64,000 nucleotides of DNA, taken from IMG/VR virus record IMGVR_UViG_2551306228_000004, positions 1 through 64,000 of that record; one strand, given 5' to 3'. The stretch comes from a virus. Taxonomy: Duplodnaviria; Caudoviricetes. This document shows positions 28,065 through 38,000 of this stretch, piece by piece (the first letter of the stretch is position 1; each line of letters begins with the position of its first letter). The notes under the pieces are model-generated. The model was not told where the DNA came from. It ran no database searches and worked only from the letters and a program-made list of their open reading frames with translations. The translations under genes and the position numbers were made by a program.

Positions 28065-28919
28065 TTAGCGGCTGTCACGGTTGCGTTTCCTCTGCAACTC
28101 ACGCTCCAAAAGTTTGATGATGGTTTCCTCCATCTGCTTCGGCGTTGTGTTCTTCGGAAAGTATTTTTTCAGCTTGCTTGTGTTGATTTTCAAGGTTTCT
28201 TTCTGGTTGCCCTTTTCCTCCGTCATAATCGCAAATATCGTATCCATGTCAAGCCGCCCGCTCTGGCTTAACTGTTTCATCCGCTGTGCCTGTGAGAGTG
28301 AGGGCGTTGCTTCTTCGCTCTCCATCGTGGCAAAGAGGTTTTCCTGCTCGTCTTTCTTCAAGAAGGACAGTTCCACCGCAGGCGTGAGGGCGATTTTCCC
28401 CTCGTCCACCATCTGCAAAATCGGCGGTATCAGTTCCGTCAGGCGGATAAAACGCTGCACGGTCATCCTGCCCACGCCGAAGCCCTGTGCCACCTTGTCG
28501 TCCGTCCGCAACTTCGTCACAACTTGTGACGAGGTTAAGTCTGTGCGGAAACCCTGCCGCTTCATGGCTTCGGATTTCATCTTGTAAGCAAACGCCCGCT
28601 CCGATGGCAGGATATTCTCACGCTGCAAATTGCTGTCTACAAGGGTGATGATGGCTCGGTCACGGTCTAAGGGCAGGACAAACGCAGGCACGGTATTTAT
28701 CCCTGCAAGTTCAGAAGCACGGACACGCCGCTGTCCTGCAATCACTTCATAACCGTCCCCGTCCTCTTTCGGGCGTGTGATTATCGGCGTGACAATGCCA
28801 AATTCCTTGATGCTTTCCGCTAACTCTGACAGTGTTTCATCTTCTGCCACATGAAACGGATTGTCGGGGAACGGGTACAAGTCTTTGGTCTTTAACACCT
28901 TAAAATCCTGTTTCTTCAT
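28065..28919 (-). CDS. ParB/RepB/Spo0J-family protein
   Basis: LAESIKEFGIVTP, YEVIAGQRRVRA, SNLQRE. Confidence 0.9.
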   Translation of the reverse strand: MKKQDFKVLKTKDLYPFPDNPFHVAEDETLSELAESIKEFGIVTPIITRPKEDGDGYEVIAGQRRVRASELAGINTVPAFVLPLDRDRAIITLVDSNLQRENILPSERAFAYKMKSEAMKRQGFRTDLTSSQVVTKLRTDDKVAQGFGVGRMTVQRFIRLTELIPPILQMVDEGKIALTPAVELSFLKKDEQENLFATMESEEATPSLSQAQRMKQLSQSGRLDMDTIFAIMTEEKGNQKETLKINTSKLKKYFPKNTTPKQMEETIIKLLERELQRKRNRDSR

Positions 28920-28927
28920 TCACATAT

Positions 28928-29893
28928 CTACCTTTCTTTCGCTCTGCTTCTATGATTTTTCTGCAATTCTTCCAACACTTCGGGCGGTATTTTTGACAGC
29001 AGCCGCCCCATCTGCTCGTTGGTTCTCTGCAATTCAAATATCTTCTGATTCGCTTTCTGCACCTTTAGTTCCTGCTCGTACTTTTCATCACGCATACGCC
29101 CCGCATAGTCTGATTCCTGCCCAATTCTCTCTTTCAAACTGTCGATATACGCCTGCTGTTTCCCGATTTCCTTAGAGAATTTCTCCACGTCTGGCAGCCA
29201 TGCAGAGAGTAAATCTAACGCTTTATCCCTTTTCTTCCCTGCGTTAAAGGCGTTGATGTCGGATAGGGCAGACACGATTTCTTCATACTGTTTATCAAGC
29301 CTGCCGCCTAATTTATAGAGCCATGTGGGGACGTGTTTCCGCTTGGTTTCCATTGAGGACTGCCCCCGTTCAAGCTGATTCCACCGTGAGGACATCCGCT
29401 CATGGTAGGCGGTCTGCCACTCGGATAATGATTTCTGGTTGCCTAAGATAGCTTTCGCTGACAGCTTATTGTCTGGCGTAATCGGCACAAAGCAGAGGTG
29501 CATATGGGGCGTTCTCTCGTCCATATGGACGACAGCGGAGAGGATATTCTGCTTTCCAACACGCTCCGAAATGAAGTCAAGAGCCGTCTGGAAATACGCT
29601 TTTTGTTCTTCGGGCGGTAACTGGTTCATAAATTCTGGTGAAGCTGTGATGAGCGTTTCCACCATCATCACGCTGTCTTTCCTTGTCCTGCACCCCGCTT
29701 CGGCTACCATGCGGTTAATCTCTTTCTTGTAGGTGTACTTTGGTGGTGCTATGAGATGGTAATTGTTTTTAGAGCGTTCCATATCTATATCTGGGTTGCT
29801 TTTGTAGGCTTCTTTCTTCCGCTCGTTGTGGCGTTCACAAGCCGCAACGCCGCCCGCTTTTCGTTTCTGGAAACGCAGGATTGCATAAGGCAT
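28928..29893 (-). CDS. MobV (Mob/Pre) relaxase
   Basis: MPYAILRFQK..HNER, VVHMDERTPHMH; GGAGG RBS at the MPY start. Confidence 0.92.
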   Translation of the reverse strand: MPYAILRFQKRKAGGVAACERHNERKKEAYKSNPDIDMERSKNNYHLIAPPKYTYKKEINRMVAEAGCRTRKDSVMMVETLITASPEFMNQLPPEEQKAYFQTALDFISERVGKQNILSAVVHMDERTPHMHLCFVPITPDNKLSAKAILGNQKSLSEWQTAYHERMSSRWNQLERGQSSMETKRKHVPTWLYKLGGRLDKQYEEIVSALSDINAFNAGKKRDKALDLLSAWLPDVEKFSKEIGKQQAYIDSLKERIGQESDYAGRMRDEKYEQELKVQKANQKIFELQRTNEQMGRLLSKIPPEVLEELQKNHRSRAKER

Positions 29894-29929
29894 AGGCGGA
29901 TTCCTCCTTTCTTTCGGCGGGTGACCGTC

Positions 29930-30085
29930 CTTTGGGGTGACAGCGGTGACGGTGGTGACAGCAGTTTTGGGATACCCCCTGCCGACTGCCGCAACTGTCA
30001 CCCTCACCCCCTGCATGACGGTCATGTCGATGATGACGGTGTTTTTGGGATACCCCCCTCGCAAGAGCCGTCACCGTCATGCCGC
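29930..30085. repeat. GGTGAC(A/G)-based direct/inverted repeats (possible replication origin iterons)
   Basis: GGTGACAGCGGTGACGGTGGTGACAGC with GGGATACCCCC twice; further copies at about 30325-30480. Confidence 0.55.
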
Positions 30086-30170
30086 CATTCTTTTATCCGA
30101 AGCCGTAAGGCGTAGGATAGCAGGGCACAGCCCTGCCTTAAGGGAGTCCAGAGGGAACGTCTGGCACACG

Positions 30171-30201
30171 ACTTTGCAGGGCAAAGTGTAGTGTGTTACA
30201 C
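30171..30201 (+). other. MOBV-type oriT
   Basis: ACTTTGC-aggg-GCAAAGT-GTAGTGTGTTACAC, resembling the pMV158 oriT hairpin and nick region. Confidence 0.8.
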
Positions 30202-30417
30202 CCTGTAAACGCAGTCGGAAAAATCGGAATGATTTTTCTGACCGCAGGGGTGGTTTTACACGACCGAAAAGGGCGAGTAAATCTCACGCCTGCATTTTGC
30301 GTTTACGGGGTGTTCTCCCGTAGGGATGACAGCGGCAGGGTATCCTAAAATCACTGTCACCACCGTCACTGCTGTCACCCGCAGGGCAGAGCCGCCAGCT
30401 TTACATGGCTTTAAGCG

Positions 30418-31443
30418 TCAATGACAGTAACAGGGGGGTATCCTAATATCGCTGTCACCACCATCACCGCTGTCACCCGCCCTCCTTGCAAGGGCAATCC
30501 GCCTGCCGTCTTTCCTGCGGCTGTACTGGTAGCAGATACGGTTCTCGCTTAAAAATGTGGTGCGGTATTCATTCAGCCATTTCGTAATCACCGTGGGTAT
30601 GGTTTCCGTTTCCCCCATAGCGGCTAACAGTTCCGTTGCCGTGCCTATCCATTCTTCCTTATCCCTCATAAAATCCACCAACCGAAAAAGGACATCTGGT
30701 ATCGTTTCTTTCGCAAGCTGCTCCTGCGTTTTCCGCTCCACAAGCTCCCAACGGCAATCACGGAAACGCAGCGTGTATTCCTGATAAGGCGTGTCCCTGC
30801 CCGTCACATACAGCTTGGCGGTGTCAGACGCACGTTTCTCCTTTTCCAGAACAAAGGTAGCGTCCGCACTCCCCGTTAATCCTGTCGTCCCAGACACCTT
30901 GTTGAACACGTCGCTGTCATTCTGCTTTCGGATGTGGTGTACGACAATGACCGCCAGAGAGTGCCTGTCGGCAAAGTCTTTGATGAGGGAGATGTCCCCA
31001 TAGTCGCTTGCATAGGCATTGTCTTTTGAAGCTGTACGGACTTTCTGCAAGGTATCAATGACAATGAGCCTGCTGTCTGGGTAATCTTTCAGATAATCTT
31101 CAAGCTGCACGATAAGACCGTCTGACAGCTTGCAGCTTGCCACGGCAAAGTGGAGCCGCCCGCTTGCTTCGTCCGTCAAACGAAATAATCTGTCCTGTAT
31201 GCGGCAGAACGTGTCCTCAAGGCAGAGGTAAAGCACATCGCCCTCCATTGTCGGCATATCCCATAAAGGGATTCCCTGCGACACGCATAAGCATAGCTTC
31301 AGCATGAGCCAGCTTTTGCCTATCTTCTGTGAGCCGCAGAACAGCGATAAGCCTGTCGGGATAAGGCTGTCCACCACAAAGGATGGTTTCTCAAGCGGTT
31401 CATAAAGGAGCGTTTCGGCGTTGACTGTCTGTAACTTCTGCAT
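30418..31443 (-). CDS. RepA-like AAA (AAA_25) helicase
   Basis: GSQKIGKS, YLCLED, IVIDTLQ, VHHIRK, SGTTGL. Confidence 0.88.
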   Translation of the reverse strand: MQKLQTVNAETLLYEPLEKPSFVVDSLIPTGLSLFCGSQKIGKSWLMLKLCLCVSQGIPLWDMPTMEGDVLYLCLEDTFCRIQDRLFRLTDEASGRLHFAVASCKLSDGLIVQLEDYLKDYPDSRLIVIDTLQKVRTASKDNAYASDYGDISLIKDFADRHSLAVIVVHHIRKQNDSDVFNKVSGTTGLTGSADATFVLEKEKRASDTAKLYVTGRDTPYQEYTLRFRDCRWELVERKTQEQLAKETIPDVLFRLVDFMRDKEEWIGTATELLAAMGETETIPTVITKWLNEYRTTFLSENRICYQYSRRKDGRRIALARRAGDSGDGGDSDIRIPPCYCH

Positions 31444-31597
31444 GGCTTTCCTCCTTTCGGGCGGTGTCTTTGTTTTCGTTGCACATAGGCGTTGACCTCC
31501 TTAAAAATAGATTTACTCCCACGGAAAAAAGTGAGAGTATGTAATGCCGCCAATCCCACACAAATAAAAAACAGATTTCTTTTTCGGGCGGTGTCGG

Positions 31598-32072
31598 TCA
31601 CGGTTGGAGATATTTCTTCAATTTCCGCCTTTACTTTCTCCTTTGCAATCGCAACAGATTTCTGTATTGCCGAAGCGGTGCAATGCTCCATAGCGGCGAT
31701 TTGGTAAAAATTGAACTCATACTCGTAGTAGAGCAGGAAACGCCGCCTTTGTATCTCTGGAAGGCTCCCAACCGCCTTATAGAGCGTTTCATTCCGTTCT
31801 TCCTCAACCATGCGTTCATCAAGGCTCTTAGGCACACGCAACGCCCGTCTGTAAAGGGTTTCGTCCCATACCTCGTTAAACTCCCTGTGCCGCTCGTCCC
31901 ATTAGAAAAGATTCCTGTTCCTGCGCTCCATCTGCCGAAACTCCATAAAGAACTGTTCCGACACTTCCAACTCGTGGGATTTGCCCTGCCCGTCCTTAAA
32001 GCTGATAAAATACCTTGTGCCGCTTTCCGTGGATTCCTCCCGAAGCGTGTATGCCTTAACCCTGTATGCCAT
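31598..32072 (-). pseudogene. Sigma-70 region 4 protein with internal stop
   Basis: In-frame TAA at 31902-31904 splits MAYRVK...RNLF*WDERH...LPEIQRRRFLLYY...QIAAMEHC; probable extra base near the 3' end. Confidence 0.7.
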
Positions 32073-32155
32073 CCTGTTGTCCTCCTGCAAAAAATGAGTG
32101 AGGGGATTTCCATCCCTCACCCAGTAGCCCGCAGGATGGCAGGCTGTTTTAGAAG

Positions 32156-32581
32156 CTATAAAATTTTCCGCAGCTTCTTCCGCAGATGGTCTAACCTCGC
32201 ATAGATGGCACCAGTCGTCAAATGCACAAGCGGGGCAATCTCCTTTGTGGAATACCCCTGCATTTTCAGCAGGACGATTTTCAAGGTACGCCCGTCCACC
32301 GTGACTAATACTTGATAGAGATTTTCGCTCTCAATCTCTTCCAGTAACTCCGCAACCGTACCCACTTCCGCCTGCCGCTCCCTGCCTGCCATGTCCTCAA
32401 GATATTCCGCAACGTCATTCGTCCATCGGTAAAACCGCCTGTTGGAATTGAAGTCTGCCCTGTCCGCCATGCGTATCTGCTCAATGGTCGCTTCATCAAC
32501 GCCGCACTCACGCAGCAGCTTTTCCTCCGCTTCTTTCCAGATACGCCATTTCCTGTCCTCCCGTCCGTGGTTGTATGCCAT
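32156..32581 (-). CDS. Sigma-70 region 4 / ECF-like DNA-binding protein
   Basis: QGYSTKEIAPLVHLTTGAIYARL. Confidence 0.8.
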   Translation of the reverse strand: MAYNHGREDRKWRIWKEAEEKLLRECGVDEATIEQIRMADRADFNSNRRFYRWTNDVAEYLEDMAGRERQAEVGTVAELLEEIESENLYQVLVTVDGRTLKIVLLKMQGYSTKEIAPLVHLTTGAIYARLDHLRKKLRKIL

Positions 32582-32675
32582 TCTTACTTCCTCCAATCAG
32601 AATTGATTGAGAGGGCAGAGAAAAGCCCCCTCATCTTCCCAAAGGAAAAAACAAGGGGGCTGAACGCCTTAAATT

Positions 32676-33188
32676 TTAATTTTCTATTATCTTTCTTAGT
32701 TTTATTAGGATTCTGGCTTTGCGTTTGTTTACAACGCTCTGGGTTATGCCCAACCTCGCCCCGACTTCACGCTCGGAAAGTCCGTCAAAAAAGATTGCCT
32801 GTATCAGCTCCTGTTCACTATCCGACAGCAAAGGCAGGGCGGCTTTCAGCCTGTCCACCATGACCGCATTGACAACGGTTTCTGCAATGTCCACCGCTTC
32901 ATCAGTGATAAAGTCCAGAGGATTCCCCTCGCTGTCCGTAAATCCGTCGAGAGATAGCAGTCTATTCTTTGTATCTAATTTTTGCAGATAACGCCACCGT
33001 TCCTTGTCACGGTAGAAGTCTGTGTATTGCTCCCTCACGACTTCAAGCAGACAGCCTTGAATGGGGATAAACAGCTTGTCCATATAGGTCTGGTCGGATT
33101 CCCTGCAACGGCAGAACTCCGTGTAGGATAATTCCACATAGCCGCCACTTTCTCTGATATATACCTTTCTTGGTGCATATTTCACCAT
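32676..33188 (-). CDS. Sigma-70 region 4 protein (Tn916 Orf7-like)
   Basis: LSDSEQELIQAIFFDGLSEREVGARLGITQSVVNKRK; GGAGG RBS at MVKY. Confidence 0.82.
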   Translation of the reverse strand: MVKYAPRKVYIRESGGYVELSYTEFCRCRESDQTYMDKLFIPIQGCLLEVVREQYTDFYRDKERWRYLQKLDTKNRLLSLDGFTDSEGNPLDFITDEAVDIAETVVNAVMVDRLKAALPLLSDSEQELIQAIFFDGLSEREVGARLGITQSVVNKRKARILIKLRKIIEN

Positions 33189-33675
33189 AAATACCTCCCA
33201 TCTGAATTTTTGAAATGTAAAAAATCCAGATGGAGAGGCGGAGAACGACACCGCATATCAGAAACAGCCCTACGGCACTTTCCAACAAAAATCGACAAAA
33301 GAAAAACCGCAAAGGCTCTGTGACCTTTACGGTTATAGGAAATAGTAATTCTATTGTATGGAGATTGTACTTCTACTTTCAAGGTGAGAAGTACCGTTGC
33401 ACTGGCAGAAATTTTTTTAACTGGTTTCCTGCCGTTCTCTGATATGCTATGTATTGATAAATTTTGCTTCGTATGAGCAGATAGATAACTGCCCGAAAAA
33501 AGGACATAAAAAAATCCCTCCAAATTTAAAAACAAATTCAGAGGGTAATTTAGGGTATAACAAAATAACCCACCCGAATATCGTTTTTTTTATTTGGTGA
33601 GTTTGTTCTTTCAAATACGAAACAAAAAGAGCCGATGATTCGTGAATTGTTCCACAATTTCATCGGCTCTGCGTC

Positions 33676-33849
33676 TTAAGCGTCTGGCTCTTTGATGACA
33701 GTTATCTTCAAGTTGTCAACTTTAATCAATCTTTCTTGTCTGCATTTTGGACAATAAAGGGGATAATTCTCCAAAACAGTGTCCTTCCTAATTTTATTAC
33801 GGGTTTTGCTCCCACAAACAGGACACAATATCCATTCGCATTTCATCAT
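33676..33849 (-). CDS. Cysteine-rich KTR peptide (57 aa)
   Basis: MMKCEWILCPVCGSKTRNKIRKDTVLENYPLYCPKC...; usual gene after tet(O). Confidence 0.85.
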   Translation of the reverse strand: MMKCEWILCPVCGSKTRNKIRKDTVLENYPLYCPKCRQERLIKVDNLKITVIKEPDA

Positions 33850-33900
33850 AATTAGTCTCTAATCCTTTCAAATCTCATTTTATATGACTTTTGCAAGCTG

Positions 33901-35820
33901 TTAAGCTAACTTGTGGAACATATGCCGAACCTTATCTATACGGCTATTCGGGCGGCGGGGTTGGCAAATAAATTTACCAATAGCTGGCTGGTATCCTTTT
34001 AACTCTGTCAAGCAGACTCCCTGCCCATTTGTGAAATAAGTTAAATCGTTCCTGTATTCTTGAATACATCTAGCAGGGATTTCTCCTTTCAGAATGACCT
34101 CGTCATTCTTTATCTGAGTACTTACAATATCTGCACAATACCTTGGAGCATCATGATACGCCCGTGAGAGATATTCCTGCGGTGCATAAATTTCAAAGTG
34201 GAGATATGGCTCTAATAGTTCTGTCCCTGCTTTTTTTAAAGCCTGCTCCAATACGATAGGGGAAAGCAGCCGAAAGTCTGCGGGGGTACTTACAGGACTA
34301 TAATACAATCCATATTCAAAACAGATTTTACAGTCTGTCACTTTCCATCCATACAGCCCCTGCTCGCAGCCATAAAGAACCCCCTCCATAACCGCATTTT
34401 GGAACGATTGATTTAAATATCCAAGTGAAACTCTGCTTTCATACTGCACTCCGCTTCCAATAGGGAGCGGCTCTATGGACAACCCGACAGAAGCCCAGAA
34501 AGGATTTGGCGGGACTTCTATGTGGATGGTATATTCTGCTTTTCTAAGCGGTCTTTCCATATATATAACAGTAGGCTCTTTTATTTCTGCCTCCACATGA
34601 TATTTTTCCTCAAGGATGGCACAAATGACTTCCATCTGCACATTCCCCAAAAAAGAAAGTATAATCTCATGCGTTGTAGTATCCACATAATATTTTAAAA
34701 GAGGGTCGCCATCTGAAATTTCTGTAAGTGCCCCAAGCAATATTTCCCGCTGTTCAGATTTCTTTACTGCAATCGTTGTTTGGAGCATAGGGAGAGGATT
34801 TTCAATAAATTTTCTCTGCGGCAACAGCATTTCGTTCCCCAAAATACTGTTTAGCTGCAAAACATCATTTGGTAAAATTACAATATCACCAGAGCAGGCT
34901 GTATCGGATGAATATAATTCACCGTTTGTCGGAACACACATCTCTGTGATTTTTATTTTCTCTTTTTCAGATATTTTAATAACATCCCTCAAATGCAATG
35001 TTCCGCTATATATACGCACATAAACAAAACGCCGCCTTTTCTCTGAATATTCAATCTTAAAAACCTGCCCGCATAGTTCAGATTGACCTTCAGGCGTTGA
35101 TGAATAAAACTTACTGGCAATCACTTCTATAAGCTGCCGAATCCCCAGATTGTTTTTAGCACTTCCGTGATAAACGGGAAATAACGTTCCGTTTTGGAAT
35201 CTCCTGTTTTCTTCCTGTTCCAGTTCTGACATTTTAAACGGTTTCCCTGACATATATTTCTCTAATAGTTCATCGTTTCCCATAATTACCGCATCCCACT
35301 GTTCCATATCGTCATTGTCCGTTACATTTATATGGGGATGCTGCCCAACCTTTTGCTTCACTATAATTTCCGAAGAAAGCTTTGCTTTCATTTCTTGATA
35401 TACCATTGGCAAATCAATCCCCTCTTGGTCAATTTTATTGATGAAAAAAATTGTCGGAATCTTCATTGTCTGTAGTGCATGAAACAGTATACGGGTCTGT
35501 GCCTGTATGCCATCCTTTGCAGAAACTAATAATACTGCTCCGTCTAATACGGATAAAGAACGGTATACTTCCGCCAAAAAATCCATATGGCCTGGCGTAT
35601 CTATAATGTTGACTTTTACATCCTCCCACTGAAAAGATGTCACTGCTGTCTGGATAGTGATTCCCCTTTGACGCTCCAAATTCATTGTATCTGTCCTTGT
35701 TGTGCCTTCATCTACGCTCCCTAGTTCTGCAATTGCACCACTGGTATACAATAAACTTTCCGTTAATGTTGTCTTTCCTGCGTCAACGTGAGCCAGAATG
35801 CCTAAGTTAATTATTTTCAT
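33901..35820 (-). CDS. tet(O): Tetracycline ribosomal protection protein Tet(O)
   Basis: 639-aa EF-G-like GTPase, [17 protein letters not shown]...YSPVST...RHMFHKLA. Confidence 0.96.
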   Translation of the reverse strand: MKIINLGILAHVDAGKTTLTESLLYTSGAIAELGSVDEGTTRTDTMNLERQRGITIQTAVTSFQWEDVKVNIIDTPGHMDFLAEVYRSLSVLDGAVLLVSAKDGIQAQTRILFHALQTMKIPTIFFINKIDQEGIDLPMVYQEMKAKLSSEIIVKQKVGQHPHINVTDNDDMEQWDAVIMGNDELLEKYMSGKPFKMSELEQEENRRFQNGTLFPVYHGSAKNNLGIRQLIEVIASKFYSSTPEGQSELCGQVFKIEYSEKRRRFVYVRIYSGTLHLRDVIKISEKEKIKITEMCVPTNGELYSSDTACSGDIVILPNDVLQLNSILGNEMLLPQRKFIENPLPMLQTTIAVKKSEQREILLGALTEISDGDPLLKYYVDTTTHEIILSFLGNVQMEVICAILEEKYHVEAEIKEPTVIYMERPLRKAEYTIHIEVPPNPFWASVGLSIEPLPIGSGVQYESRVSLGYLNQSFQNAVMEGVLYGCEQGLYGWKVTDCKICFEYGLYYSPVSTPADFRLLSPIVLEQALKKAGTELLEPYLHFEIYAPQEYLSRAYHDAPRYCADIVSTQIKNDEVILKGEIPARCIQEYRNDLTYFTNGQGVCLTELKGYQPAIGKFICQPRRPNSRIDKVRHMFHKLA

Positions 35821-35861
35821 GTGATTTTCCTCCTATCAACACCCAAAAAAGGGCATAAAAA

Positions 35862-35893
35862 TACCCAGTGATAAATACTCCTATCACTGGGTA
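35862..35893 (-). terminator. Attenuator hairpin in the tet(O) leader
   Basis: TACCCAGTGATA...TATCACTGGGTA followed by a T run on the minus strand. Confidence 0.75.
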
Positions 35894-36100
35894 AATAACT
35901 CCAATAGCCCCAAAACACTTATATGTTTTCGGGCATATAAAATTACATGATAAAAGTATTCTTAAACTGGGTACAAAAAACTAAGCCCCATATTAAAAGT
36001 GAAACGGGACTGCTACTTTTTGTTCCCACTATCAAATTGACAGTTTATTTTAGAATACCTTGCCGCATATTTATTAACTCCTTGTATAATACTGAATCTA

Positions 36101-36129
36101 ATTATATTCCTTAACCCTTTATTTGTCAA
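36101..36129 (-). promoter_or_regulatory. tet(O) promoter
   Basis: TTGACA-N17-TATAAT perfect consensus. Confidence 0.85.
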
Positions 36130-36186
36130 GCTGACAAACTAAAGCAGAAAAAGCGGCAGGATTTCCCCCTGCCACTAATCATCTGT

Positions 36187-36561
36187 TTATGCAAAAATAA
36201 TTTCCTTTTCCACAATCTCCCTCGCACAAGCCCTTATGTTATTGAGGCATCCTGTCCATTCTAAGGCGTTTTCTGCCTTTAGCTGTTCCGTTATGCCCTG
36301 TGCCTGTTTCATACCCTCTATGAGCCTTTCAAAGCGTTCCTGTGCCTGTCTGTTGATGTCGGCAAGGTAGGCGTTTAGCCTGCCGCTTGTAAGAAGATTG
36401 GTGTATGTAACTTTACGGTACTGTTTTAGATAATCTAAATGCCGTTGCCCCCAGATGCCTATTGCCTGTTCTTCTTCGGCGGGTACAGTTAAGCACGGTA
36501 TCAAATAATCCCCTTGCCTTTCGTATTTGCCGCCCAGTTCCTCAAATAATGATTTTGCCAT
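36187..36561 (-). CDS. tnpV: TnpV-family protein
   Basis: GDYLIPCL, IGIWGQRH, EQLKAENALEW..NNIR. Confidence 0.88.
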   Translation of the reverse strand: MAKSLFEELGGKYERQGDYLIPCLTVPAEEEQAIGIWGQRHLDYLKQYRKVTYTNLLTSGRLNAYLADINRQAQERFERLIEGMKQAQGITEQLKAENALEWTGCLNNIRACAREIVEKEIIFA

Positions 36562-37232
36562 TGTCTGTTACCTCCACATTCTTTTTTATTTTGAATGTCC
36601 GCAAAATCCGTCCTACATCCTTGGATCGTTGGTATGCTGGAATTTGCACCATCTGTGGCTTCTTTAATGTCCTCTAGTTTTCCATTCCAAATGGTCAACT
36701 GATTAACCAGGAGCTTGTCGGAAACTTTGGAGTAGGATAACATAACCGTCTTGGTTTCTGTTTGAGAGGTTCGCTGTTGTTGCTCACTCAAATCAGATAC
36801 ATAGGTCACTTGATAGGTAACTTCCGCAAGTGCAACATTACTTTCTGTATTGACATAGATACTGGCTGATTCAAATCGGTAGTCAAGCATATAGTCTTTA
36901 TAAACTTGATTGATCGCTTTATTCTGATTTGCTTCCTCTTCTGAAAATGCCGAGTCCGTCATGTAGGGTTTGATACGAGCGTTATTTTCACCCAGCTGGA
37001 CCTTGGTGAAATATTGAGTGAGAAATTCATTGACAAGCTCATCTGATAGGACTGTCGCTCTTTCCTCCTGCTTTTTCTTTGACACAAGTTTATTGGCTTC
37101 TGCTCGTATTTGGTTCTCTGTTTGCTTTGAAATGGTTTGTGAGCCAATCGTGTAGCCAATCATGACCATAAAACTGACTGCGATTAAACCTCCTAATCCA
37201 ATCAGAAATCGAGCTTTCACTTTATTTAACAT
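36501..37232 (-). CDS. 'PPI' conjugation gene copy B; last 7 codons replaced by IME-derived tail
   Basis: Matches copy A to ...PTIQG (36618) then reads 38 aa into the IME. Confidence 0.75.
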   Translation of the reverse strand: MLNKVKARFLIGLGGLIAVSFMVMIGYTIGSQTISKQTENQIRAEANKLVSKKKQEERATVLSDELVNEFLTQYFTKVQLGENNARIKPYMTDSAFSEEEANQNKAINQVYKDYMLDYRFESASIYVNTESNVALAEVTYQVTYVSDLSEQQQRTSQTETKTVMLSYSKVSDKLLVNQLTIWNGKLEDIKEATDGANSSIPTIQGCRTDFADIQNKKECGGNRQWQNHYLRNWAANTKGKGII

Positions 37233-37260
37233 GGCTTACTCCTCTATTAGTGATAGCTTC

Positions 37261-37293
37261 ATCATATCAAGATTAGCTTGGAGATTTTATCAC
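37261..37293 (-). promoter_or_regulatory. ICE promoter motif copy 4 (duplicate of copy 3)
   Basis: GTGATA-AAATCTC-CAAG-N10-TATGAT. Confidence 0.6.
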
Positions 37294-37326
37294 AAGAAAA
37301 AGGACTACCAGTAGGTAATCCCCATG

Positions 37327-37617
37327 TTAAACGATTCTATTTCTCCACCACCTCATACTTAAGCTAATAGCAAGAAATAAATTCAATGCAATATAAAATC
37401 CAGTGAAACTCCATATGCCATTAGCTGCTAAATCTTCTGAATATAGGTGTCTTTCTGTGAAGAATAGGTAAATTCCATATATTTCAATAAAGACTAATCC
37501 ACTGATGAGTCCGATAAGAAATAAAGCACCTGAAACTTTCACAATCCGATAAAGGACAAACAACATCAGTCCTATTGCTGCGATAATCAAAAGGCTTTGT
37601 AGAATTTGCTCCAACAT
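37327..37617 (-). CDS. ICE backbone 3-TM membrane protein
   Basis: 96-aa hydrophobic ORF, GAGGTG RBS. Confidence 0.8.
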   Translation of the reverse strand: MLEQILQSLLIIAAIGLMLFVLYRIVKVSGALFLIGLISGLVFIEIYGIYLFFTERHLYSEDLAANGIWSFTGFYIALNLFLAISLSMRWWRNRIV

Positions 37618-37630
37618 CTTACACCTCTTT

Positions 37631-37930
37631 CTAGGCTAATTGCTTGCGATAATAGTCAGCCTGTCTCTTGTCTAAATCATCAAGTTGGGCAACCAAATCA
37701 AGGTATTCTGCCTTCGTCACCTCATCTAAGTTTGGAAAATCATTCTCACGACTTGTGATGATGAGTTCCAGCTGTCCAGTGATTTCACGCTTTGAAAAGC
37801 TATAATCAAGAGTTTCATCTTCATACTGTTCCTTTAAAGCTTGGTAGTTGGCTCTATCCTCTGGGCTTGTAAAACCTTGTGCCAACCATTGTTCAAGTTG
37901 ATAACGTATTTCTTCTACTGTTTTGGTCAT
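37631..37930 (-). CDS. ICE backbone hypothetical protein, copy B
   Basis: 99 aa, AAGGAG RBS. Confidence 0.8.
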   Translation of the reverse strand: MTKTVEEIRYQLEQWLAQGFTSPEDRANYQALKEQYEDETLDYSFSKREITGQLELIITSRENDFPNLDEVTKAEYLDLVAQLDDLDKRQADYYRKQLA

Positions 37931-38000
37931 GGTCTGTGCTCCTTATGTGATTTCTTGACTTCATTTTACCGCGTTCAAAAATATTTGTCAGCCATTTTTC

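Larger units (their letters stand above)
22953..36619 (-). mobile_element. tet(O) integrative mobilisable element (TnpX/TndX-like serine recombinase, MobV, RepA-AAA, TnpV)
   Basis: GA dinucleotide at both ends (TC at 22953-54 and 36618-19), each 11 bp from an inverted TTTTGCGGACA; visibly GC-richer than the ICE. Confidence 0.88.

Noticed and set aside
29894-30064. N-terminal extension of MobV in the ORF track
   Set aside because: Open frame arises from the GTGAC repeats; RBS and family motif place the start at 29893
33901-35820. Mosaic tet(O/W/32/O)
   Set aside because: Protein looks Tet(O)-like along its length by eye; a nucleotide alignment would be needed to exclude short patches
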